Part shown: positions 1 through 7,838 of the stretch, piece by piece
Position numbering within the stretch: position 1 is the stretch's first letter
How the letters are laid out: each line of letters begins with the position of its first letter
Assembly (NCBI GenBank): GCA_016742175.1
Contig: JACVCH010000012.1
Span: forward strand, 57,023 to 97,022
DNA length: 40,000 bases
Reading direction: 5' to 3'
From: Rhizobiaceae bacterium
Lineage (GTDB): Bacteria; Pseudomonadota; Alphaproteobacteria; Rhizobiales; Rhizobiaceae
Position numbers and translations under genes: made by a program
Notes under the pieces: generated by a model
Told to the model about the DNA's origin: nothing
Database searches by the model: none
The model's input: only the letters and a program-made list of their open reading frames with translations

Positions 1-2031
1 GGCTATCTCGCCTCGCGCGACACGATCTTGACGCGGGCGCAACGCGTCTGGGTGATCGGCCACCGCGAGCAGAGCGACAATGAAATCAAGGGCGCCGTGA
101 TCGAGATGGTCGGCGCCTATCTAAATGCGGCCCGCTGGGGAGAAGATGGCCTGCGCAAACGCTTCGAGCGTCGGGGTGCCGACGCCGGGATCACCGGCTG
201 GTTGCCCGCCTGGCATGACGAAGAGCAGAACGACAAGGAAGCTGAAGCATTGGCAGCCTTCGGCTTTTCCCCGCGCGGACATGCGCTTTTTCCGTTCAAC
301 CATCTAGCGATTGAGCAACTCGTCCAGCAGCATCTGACCGTGGCCACTCGGCTCGTCTTCAACCCGCGTCGGGTGATCAACGAAATCCTGCGCCGTCCAC
401 TCCTTATGCGGGGCACGTTCGTCAGCGGGAATTTCCCGCCGCCTGAATTCCACGGGGTGCGTCCCAATGTCTATCTTGCGGGACTGATCCGGCAGACAAG
501 TCAACCTGAGCCCGTCAAGCGGCGCCTTGCTTCCGCGTTAGCCGTTTGGGCCGGCAATGCGGCGAATCATGCTGCGCTTTCCCATGTGTCGCCAGCGATC
601 TTCTCAACCTTTTCGCTGCCGACGCCGGCCGAACTCGCCAACGTGGTATTCGTACCCGAACAGACACCAGCAATTGAGCCCGCCAGACCGACGCGCTACG
701 AAGACGCGCCGCCCGCGCCGACGCCGCCAGTTGCGACCGAGCAGGATCCGCAGGTCGCGGCATGGTCTACCAAGCTTGATGCTTGGGCTAGTGGGATAGA
801 ACTTGTTCAGGCCGATGCGCGCGCACTTCGTAACGCCTTAGCGGATATGCTGAAGGGGGCAATCAATTGGCCGACGCTACGTCTCCCGGATCAAGCGATC
901 GACGCTCGCTCGCTCTGGATCGCCGGAGTCCGCAACAACCCTGTGGTCGGGCGAATCCTCGTCGTTTGTGACAGCCACGAGGACGAGGACGGCACGCTCC
1001 GCGAAGGCTTCCTCGGCGCGCTGAGGTTCGGCTTCAACGGTCATCGCTGGAACTACCCTGAGGCGGACATCGACTATGTCGCAAGCGCTGCCATTATAGA
1101 CCGTCTGCTCGTCCAGTTGACCCCGAAACTCGTTGCGGAAGCGAATGCGCAGACCGCGGTGATCGGGCGCGCTCTGCTCAATCAATCGCGCATTGTGGGT
1201 CTATCCCCTCCGATTCGCCCTGCCGGGGCCGAACCACTTCTACGCGGGCTTTTCTCGCCGCCGCCGCAGGTCGAGACGCAAGCATTCGAAGAAGGATGGG
1301 ACCAACTTCGCGCCCAAGCGACGGGGTCGGTCAACGGCAAGAGTCCGCGCGCGGTGCTGCAGGAACTCCTGCTCGACCGCAGCGCAAGTTTCCAAGGGAC
1401 GGGTAGCAAGCCCTTCGCGGTCGACAGCCCTCGCCTGCTGGACGCGCTTGCCAACGACCTGCCGGCAGGGTCGCTTCCGGAAGGTTTGCCGGACGAGGCG
1501 CGGACCTTCATCCCGACCATGACAGACGCGCGCATCTGGGGGAAACTGCAGGCAGTCATCTCCAAGCTTCGTGTCTTCCGCAGTGAGATTGCGGACTATA
1601 TCGACGAAAGCCTAGACAAGGGCGCCTTTGTTGCCGACCTGCGCGAGATCATCCCTTTATTGCAGAAAACAAACTGTTGGCCTGCCAATGTCGCAATTAA
1701 GCTCAGCGAGTTCGAAATTCGCCTGGCGGAGTTTCAGACCAGCCGTTTCGTAGATTTGGTGGAAAAGACGACGACCATCGTCGACGGGGCGGACCGTGAA
1801 CAGATCCCAAAGTTGCTCAACGCGCTTGGGTCACTCGACTTGGGGTTGATACAGCGCACCATGTCGTTTCTGACTATAGCTAATGAGATCGTGTCTCAAG
1901 CGGAGCCCCGCGTCGCACAGCAGGAGGCGGTTCGAGGTCAATCGGATCCCAGCGCTGTTGCGGCGGAGATCGCCAACCTGCTCGAGGGCCTCATCGAAAC
2001 GCCGCACATGGCAGCGGAGACGACAGTATGA
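1..2031 (+). CDS. Large hypothetical protein, 5'-truncated by the window edge; first visible gene of the helicase/PLD operon
   Basis: Frame 1 is open from nt 1 (GYLASRDTIL...), so the TTG at 28 in the ORF track is not a real start. Stop TGA 2029-2031 overlaps the next ATG (ATGA at 2028-2031). I recognise no catalytic motif by eye. Confidence 0.6.
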   Translation, partial: GYLASRDTILTRAQRVWVIGHREQSDNEIKGAVIEMVGAYLNAARWGEDGLRKRFERRGADAGITGWLPAWHDEEQNDKEAEALAAFGFSPRGHALFPFNHLAIEQLVQQHLTVATRLVFNPRRVINEILRRPLLMRGTFVSGNFPPPEFHGVRPNVYLAGLIRQTSQPEPVKRRLASALAVWAGNAANHAALSHVSPAIFSTFSLPTPAELANVVFVPEQTPAIEPARPTRYEDAPPAPTPPVATEQDPQVAAWSTKLDAWASGIELVQADARALRNALADMLKGAINWPTLRLPDQAIDARSLWIAGVRNNPVVGRILVVCDSHEDEDGTLREGFLGALRFGFNGHRWNYPEADIDYVASAAIIDRLLVQLTPKLVAEANAQTAVIGRALLNQSRIVGLSPPIRPAGAEPLLRGLFSPPPQVETQAFEEGWDQLRAQATGSVNGKSPRAVLQELLLDRSASFQGTGSKPFAVDSPRLLDALANDLPAGSLPEGLPDEARTFIPTMTDARIWGKLQAVISKLRVFRSEIADYIDESLDKGAFVADLREIIPLLQKTNCWPANVAIKLSEFEIRLAEFQTSRFVDLVEKTTTIVDGADREQIPKLLNALGSLDLGLIQRTMSFLTIANEIVSQAEPRVAQQEAVRGQSDPSAVAAEIANLLEGLIETPHMAAETTV

Positions 2032-2762
2032 GCAACTCACTTCCTGCTCGCGTCAGGGCGCTTCGCGAACGGTTGGTTGCTCTTGACCGGCTTGGTGCGA
2101 ATGTCGAGGAAACCGGGCTGCTTGAGGATCTGCGCTTGGACCTCTCGCCGCCCGCTTCCGAGCTTAACCGCGCCTTAGCCCAGCGCGCGCTGCTGATGGG
2201 GTCCGGTATCGAGACGCCAGAGCCGCCGACGCTCGAGACGGCACGAAAGCGAGCGGCGGCGCTGCTCGAGCGGTTCACCACGGAGCGGAAAGCGGCCACG
2301 CTAAAAAAGGGGACTGGATGGGCCAATCTGCTCAAGGAAACGAAGGCGGCCTCCGCCGATGTCTCTGTCTCGGTCATGCGCACTTGGAAAGGATATCGAC
2401 AGACCGTTTTTACCGGCGAGGCTCCAGCATTGGTGAAAGGCCGTATCGCCTTCACGCCGGCGAACAGTGCCGCGTACACGACCTATGAACAGCTCCACCA
2501 GACGTTTCGATCTGAATTTGAGAAACTCCCGGCGGACAAGGCCGCGATCGAACGAGTGAAGGCACTGGCGGCACGACTGACAGAGACGGCGAAAGAGTTC
2601 GATTTCGACGTTCCGGCGGACGTGAAGCGCTACCTCGAGGCCATTCAGAGCGGGGGAGCGAAGCTCGACCTTCTGACCGACGCGGTCCTCAAGTGGCTTA
2701 GAGAGAATGATGCCTTTGACAACTACCGCATCGTGCCGCGGAGCCCAGATGGAAGCCGATGA
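2028..2762 (+). CDS. Hypothetical 244-aa protein, helix-rich and charged, operonic with the helicase
   Basis: ATG 2028 overlaps the upstream stop. Its own stop at 2760-2762 lies 14 nt inside the helicase gene. No recognisable motif. Confidence 0.6.
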   Translation: MSNSLPARVRALRERLVALDRLGANVEETGLLEDLRLDLSPPASELNRALAQRALLMGSGIETPEPPTLETARKRAAALLERFTTERKAATLKKGTGWANLLKETKAASADVSVSVMRTWKGYRQTVFTGEAPALVKGRIAFTPANSAAYTTYEQLHQTFRSEFEKLPADKAAIERVKALAARLTETAKEFDFDVPADVKRYLEAIQSGGAKLDLLTDAVLKWLRENDAFDNYRIVPRSPDGSR

Positions 2763-5700
2763 AGCCCTACTCCTCGCCGTGCTGGATGAGATCGAACAGC
2801 GTGAGGCTCGGCTCCTTACGTGGGGCCTGGTCGACGGCCACGTGTCTGTCGGCGAGTTGCACGGCATCGTCAACATGCTGCTCGACGATCCGAAAATAAA
2901 CGGTGGGGTCTCTTTTGCGGACGCGAGTCAGGTCATGGCTGGACTGACCGATCGTGCCCTTCTGTTCGACATCGGCGAGGAAGCAGGCTCGCAGTACCGG
3001 TCGCGGATGGCGGAAGGAGTGAGGCTCCTGTTCCGATTGCGACAGCTGTTTCCGAAACATCGGGGTCCGATAGGTTGGCAGGCCGCGCCAACCCTTGTAG
3101 CCGACTTCCGTTTTATTTGGCGCCGCCGCCGCTATCCGCGGCGCGAGATTGAAGCTGCGGCGTCGCTCGCGAAGATTGCATCAGCAACGCCTGATCAGGC
3201 TGCGCGCGCCGCCCTTTCGGCGCTCATCGAAAGCTATGGGCCGCGATTTGCGCTCGCAGGCTTTCAGGTCGCTGCGGCTGCGCGGATCCTTGGCGGCTTC
3301 GAAGGTTCGCGGTCGACGGCTACGTTGGTTAGTGCCGGGACCGGTAGTGGCAAGACTTTAGCCTTCTACCTCCCGGCGCTCTCGCGTGCCGCCTCGCATA
3401 TCCAGCGTGACGCCGTGGGCGAGCGTTGGGTCAAAGTTCTCGCGCTCTATCCGCGCAACGAACTTCTAAAGGACCAGTTCGCCGAGGTATACGGTCAGGC
3501 GCGCCGTCTTGATGCCTTGCTCGCGGGGCGCGGACGCAGGAAGCTCCTCATCGGCACGTTCTTCGGTCCGACGCCCCGCTCTGCCGAGAAAGCGCACGAG
3601 GCGCGCAGCGGTTGGCGGCAAACGTCGGCTGGTCTCATCTGCGAGTATCTTCGGTGTCCCTCGCCGGAATGCGTCGGCGACATGGCCTGGCGTGATGCCG
3701 ATCGGCGCGCCGGGCGTGAGCGGCTCGAATGCCTCGGATGCTCAGCTGCAATCGAGAGCGACGAGATTATTCTCACCCGTGAGCGGCTGCAGCGGGAGGC
3801 GCCGGACATCCTGTTCACCACCACCGAAATGCTCAACCAGCGCATGGGGGACGACCGCTTCCGGCATTTGTTCGGGATCGGCGAGCGGGCACAGCGACCG
3901 GTGGAGATGATGCTGCTGGACGAGGTCCATACTTATGCCGGCAGTTCCGGTGCGCAGGTGGCTTTCCTCTTGCGCCGCTGGCGACGGCTTCTCCGGCGGC
4001 ATGTCAGCTTTGTTGGTTTGTCGGCCACACTCAAGGACGGCGCCCGTTTCTTTGCACAGTTGACTGGCTTGTACGAGCAGGCGTCGGTCGAGATCACTCC
4101 CCGCAACAGCGATATGATCGCGGAGGGTGCCGAGTATTTGCTCGCGCTGCGCGGTGATCCCGTGTCTCGCACGGCCTTATTGTCGACGACGATCCAAACG
4201 GGAATGCTCCTCTCCCGGCTCCTCGACGCGCCGGATGAACGGAAGAGCCAGGGCATCGTCGGCGAGCGAGTCTTCCTGTTCACCGACGATATCGACGTCA
4301 CGAACCGCATGTATTTCGCTATGCTCGATGCCGAGGGTCGGCGCAGCAGCGGCGCGCCCGACCTGGCGAACAAGCCGGACGGCGGTCTCGCATCGCTGCG
4401 GCGACCGCTGCCCGTCCAGCATCGCAAACTCCATGGACAGGATTGGGAAGCCGTGGTGGAGATCGGTCACAGTCTCCAGCCGCAGGACCGCAAGTCGGTT
4501 GGGCGGGTCATGTCGATGGACCCAGGGGTTGGCAACAATCTCGACATCATCGTCGCGACCGCGTCGCTCGAGGTGGGATTCAATGATCCCCGTGTCGGCG
4601 CGGTCATTCAGCACAAGGCACCCCGTGACGTCGCGCAGTTCCTGCAGCGCAAGGGTCGCGCTGGCCGATCGCGCCGGATGCGTCCTTGGACCGTTGCGGT
4701 GCTCTCGGACTATGGCCGTGATCGCCTTGCCTATCAGGGCTATGACCTTCTATTCGATCCAGAATTGCCGTTGCGCACGCTCCCGATCGGCAACCGTTAT
4801 GTGATGCGCATGCAGGCGGTCTATGCCACGCTCGACTTTCTGAGCCAGATGTTGGATTCCTCACGCCAAGGAAGCGTGTGGCTAGACCTGTCGACCAGCA
4901 CGGACAGCAACTATCAGCGAGCCCGCCAGACGGCGCTGGCCGGTCTGATCCGCCGCATCCTCACGATCCCGGCCGAACTCGACCGCTACACCTCCTATCT
5001 CGCCTCGTCGCTGAAAATTGAAGAAGACGCGGTCGCGCCTCTGCTCTGGGACCATCCGCGACCACTGATGACGCAGGTTCTGCCGACTGCGCTTCGGCGC
5101 CTCGAAAGCAACTGGCGTGCTTGGGGCCAGCCGGGCGAGGATCATCAGGTCTTCAATTCGCCGCTGCCCGAGTTCGCGCCGGCCAACCTGTTCAGCGATT
5201 TGAACGTACCCGAAGTCGATATTGTCCTGCCGCAACCGGGCAGCGCGACGCCCGAGCGGGTCGCCATGCCGATCGCACAGGCCCTGCGCGAGTTCGCCCC
5301 TGGCCGCGTATCGCGGCGATACGGCATCAGCCATGCGTTCGAGCGTCACTGGTTATGCCCGGCGCTCGACCAGAACCGCGAGCAGGCTGTGCCGCTTGAG
5401 TCATTTGCCCGTCTCGAACGCCTCGGCGATTGGCGCGTCAACGTCGGCGGTTTGCTGCGGCAGGTCCCCGTCTATCGGCCGCGTGTTCTCGAGGTTCAGC
5501 CGCCACCGGGCACCTTGGGCGATACCTCCAACGCTCGTCTTCGCTGGCGCAGTCAACTTGTCGCACGCGATGAGGGCATGGTACTCGATCCGCCGCGTGG
5601 GAGTCCTTGGACCCCGCTGATCGAGGATGTGCGGTTCTACTCCCACGAGGGACTGAGCCCGATCGAGGTCCGCCGTCTGGCGCTTGGAAGTGACGCGGGC

Positions 5701-7302
5701 ATTCGCTTCCGCGATGGCGGCTCGCTCGCCAAGGAGTTTCACTTCGAGGTCGGAGGAGAAGCTGTCGCGCTCGGGTTTAGTCTAGCGGTCGATGCTATGT
5801 GCATCCGCCTGCGGTTCCCCGACGCGTTGTGGTCGAACCTCGGAGCGGAGTCGGATCCGCGCTATCGGGCGATGCGCACGGCGCGCTTCCACCATCTTGC
5901 GTTGCATGGGCAGCTTGGCGAACACGTAGACAATCTGTTCGCACGCGAATGGCTAGCGCATCTGATGCTTGCAGCCCTCAGCAACGAATCGATGGCGCGT
6001 GGTATCTCGTTGCGGGAAGCAGCCGCACGGCTGGCGGACGGAAACGCAGAGTTCAGCCTCGATCAGACGCTCAACATCTTGTTTCAGTCCGCGGTTGTCG
6101 ATGATGCCAATGCCCAGGGCAACCAGCAGGACAAGTTGCGCCAAGATCTGGCCAGTTACGTCGCTGATCGGCAAGTGGTTGCCAGCCTGTTCGACTTAGC
6201 TGCCGTCCTTTGGACGCCTATCGATCCAAACTGGGAGCCATGGCTGCGCGAGCGATACGCTTCGACCGTCGGCGCGGCTGCGCTCAGCGCCATTTCAAGC
6301 CTTTGCCCGCAAATCGATAGCGACAGCCTCATCCTCGATGTGACAGCCGGCCCGCGCGAAGATGATGACGTGCTCGCCGGTATACCCAATGGCGAGATCT
6401 GGATTAGCGAGATGACGCCGGGCGGCAATGGGCAGATCGAGGTGGCGCAGAGTCAATATGTCGAGGATCCACGACGCTTCTTCAGCCTCATGACCGCAGC
6501 GTTGCGCGACAATGACTTCTCGCTCAGCGATTATCAACTGGGTCGCTTCCTCACCTCGGTCGTGGAGAGCGATAGCGCCGATCCGTTGCCGACTGCGGTG
6601 CGTGCGTTCCGAAGTGCCTCGGGCGCGGAGGAAAACCACGCGAGCTTTACCGCACTGCGTCACACGCTGGCGGAGGAAGGCTTTGTCACTTTTCACGCAT
6701 TCATAGTCGCGCTCGCCAATCGCATCCTCCGGCCCGGAACTAGCAGCGACAGCGACGCCTTCTTTCTCGACGCGATGCGCCTTTGGGATGCCGAGGAGGT
6801 GCGGCTCGGTATCGAACTGGATGCCCGCGTGCTCGCGCACCGTCTCGCGCGCTCCGACGACATCGATGCGGCGCTGGCTCTCTCCGGCATGGACCCGCCG
6901 ACAGTCGATCCGGGCCAGTGGCGCTTCGGCGTGATCTATGGACTGCTATGGCCGCGCGGCGCGCACATCCGGCAATCGGGCCTTCGACCCTATTCGCCAT
7001 TCGCCGATTTGCCATTGCCTGATCCGCTGCTGTTGCGGTCCTACTTGGCGGAGGATGCCGCGCTGATCGATGTCGAAGCGGAGGGCTGGCAGGAGCTTTG
7101 CCTCGACCGCCTTGCGGAGGTAGGCGCGGCGACGCTGATCTGCCGAATGGCGGCTTCATCGCTGCTGGCGGACGCGCTGAGCTTCCTGGCTACCAACCCC
7201 GCTCAGTCAGGCTATCTCTCGGTCTTTGCCCGGGTGCAGGCGGTGCGGCGGGTGGAGAACGCCTTCCATGTCGTACTCGATGTCCCGGAGGCGCTGCAAT
7301 GA
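2749..7302 (+). CDS. Very large SF2 DExH-box helicase (1517 aa) with an inserted Cys4 zinc-ribbon-like element and a ~900-aa C-terminal extension; DpdJ-like by context
   Basis: Motifs read in the translation: I AGTGSGKT (nt 3334-3357), Ia LYPRNELLKDQ, Ib TTTEML, II LLDEVH (DEVH nt 3919-3930), III LSAT, V VATASLEVGFN, VI QRKGRAGR. Cys cluster CEYLRCPSPEC...ECLGC at nt 3640-3741. Start moved to ATG 2749, downstream of ORF-track start 2707, to limit overlap with the upstream gene. Stop 7300-7302 overlaps the next ATG. Confidence 0.9.
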   Translation: MEADEALLLAVLDEIEQREARLLTWGLVDGHVSVGELHGIVNMLLDDPKINGGVSFADASQVMAGLTDRALLFDIGEEAGSQYRSRMAEGVRLLFRLRQLFPKHRGPIGWQAAPTLVADFRFIWRRRRYPRREIEAAASLAKIASATPDQAARAALSALIESYGPRFALAGFQVAAAARILGGFEGSRSTATLVSAGTGSGKTLAFYLPALSRAASHIQRDAVGERWVKVLALYPRNELLKDQFAEVYGQARRLDALLAGRGRRKLLIGTFFGPTPRSAEKAHEARSGWRQTSAGLICEYLRCPSPECVGDMAWRDADRRAGRERLECLGCSAAIESDEIILTRERLQREAPDILFTTTEMLNQRMGDDRFRHLFGIGERAQRPVEMMLLDEVHTYAGSSGAQVAFLLRRWRRLLRRHVSFVGLSATLKDGARFFAQLTGLYEQASVEITPRNSDMIAEGAEYLLALRGDPVSRTALLSTTIQTGMLLSRLLDAPDERKSQGIVGERVFLFTDDIDVTNRMYFAMLDAEGRRSSGAPDLANKPDGGLASLRRPLPVQHRKLHGQDWEAVVEIGHSLQPQDRKSVGRVMSMDPGVGNNLDIIVATASLEVGFNDPRVGAVIQHKAPRDVAQFLQRKGRAGRSRRMRPWTVAVLSDYGRDRLAYQGYDLLFDPELPLRTLPIGNRYVMRMQAVYATLDFLSQMLDSSRQGSVWLDLSTSTDSNYQRARQTALAGLIRRILTIPAELDRYTSYLASSLKIEEDAVAPLLWDHPRPLMTQVLPTALRRLESNWRAWGQPGEDHQVFNSPLPEFAPANLFSDLNVPEVDIVLPQPGSATPERVAMPIAQALREFAPGRVSRRYGISHAFERHWLCPALDQNREQAVPLESFARLERLGDWRVNVGGLLRQVPVYRPRVLEVQPPPGTLGDTSNARLRWRSQLVARDEGMVLDPPRGSPWTPLIEDVRFYSHEGLSPIEVRRLALGSDAGIRFRDGGSLAKEFHFEVGGEAVALGFSLAVDAMCIRLRFPDALWSNLGAESDPRYRAMRTARFHHLALHGQLGEHVDNLFAREWLAHLMLAALSNESMARGISLREAAARLADGNAEFSLDQTLNILFQSAVVDDANAQGNQQDKLRQDLASYVADRQVVASLFDLAAVLWTPIDPNWEPWLRERYASTVGAAALSAISSLCPQIDSDSLILDVTAGPREDDDVLAGIPNGEIWISEMTPGGNGQIEVAQSQYVEDPRRFFSLMTAALRDNDFSLSDYQLGRFLTSVVESDSADPLPTAVRAFRSASGAEENHASFTALRHTLAEEGFVTFHAFIVALANRILRPGTSSDSDAFFLDAMRLWDAEEVRLGIELDARVLAHRLARSDDIDAALALSGMDPPTVDPGQWRFGVIYGLLWPRGAHIRQSGLRPYSPFADLPLPDPLLLRSYLAEDAALIDVEAEGWQELCLDRLAEVGAATLICRMAASSLLADALSFLATNPAQSGYLSVFARVQAVRRVENAFHVVLDVPEALQ

Positions 7303-7838
7303 GTTTCGAGACAAGACGGATCTTCAAGAGCGCGGTGACCAGCCAGAATCTCATCCGCGAACTCCTCCAGATGATGTTTCTCGGGGAGCTTCTCGCCCCT
7401 GGCGGAGAGCGTGCCTGGCTGGTCAGCCCTTGGATCAGCAACGTGGTGCTGTTCGATAATCGTGCCGGCGGTTTGGGCTCGATCAATCCCGAGTGGGGCA
7501 ACCGCGAGATCAGATTGATCGAGGTCTTGACCGATGTCATGGCGCGCGGCACCTCGCTCGGTATCGCGACGAGCCTGGACGGTCACAACGATCCCCTCAT
7601 CGATGCGCTCGCCATGGCCGCAGATGAGGCGGGCCTGAACGATAAGTTGTGCGTCGTCCGACGTCAGCATCTTCACATCAAGGGCGTGCTGCTCAAACGA
7701 GGCCTGCTCACCGGCTCGATGAACCTCACGTACAACGGCCTCGAACTGAACGAAGAGATGGTGGTGTACGACACCACGCCAAAGACGCTCGCCGAAGCGC
7801 GGATCAACTTCGAATCCTACGTGGGCATGGGCGTATGA
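7299..7838 (+). CDS. Small single-domain phospholipase D/HKD-family nuclease-like protein (179 aa); DpdK-like by context
   Basis: HKD-type motif HIKGVLLKRGLLTGSMNLT (nt 7674-7724): HxK ... GSxN is present, but the canonical Asp position is Lys. Start is ATG 7299, in an ATGA overlap with the helicase stop. The ORF-track extension back to 7098 lies inside the helicase gene. Confidence 0.75.
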   Translation: MSFETRRIFKSAVTSQNLIRELLQMMFLGELLAPGGERAWLVSPWISNVVLFDNRAGGLGSINPEWGNREIRLIEVLTDVMARGTSLGIATSLDGHNDPLIDALAMAADEAGLNDKLCVVRRQHLHIKGVLLKRGLLTGSMNLTYNGLELNEEMVVYDTTPKTLAEARINFESYVGMGV

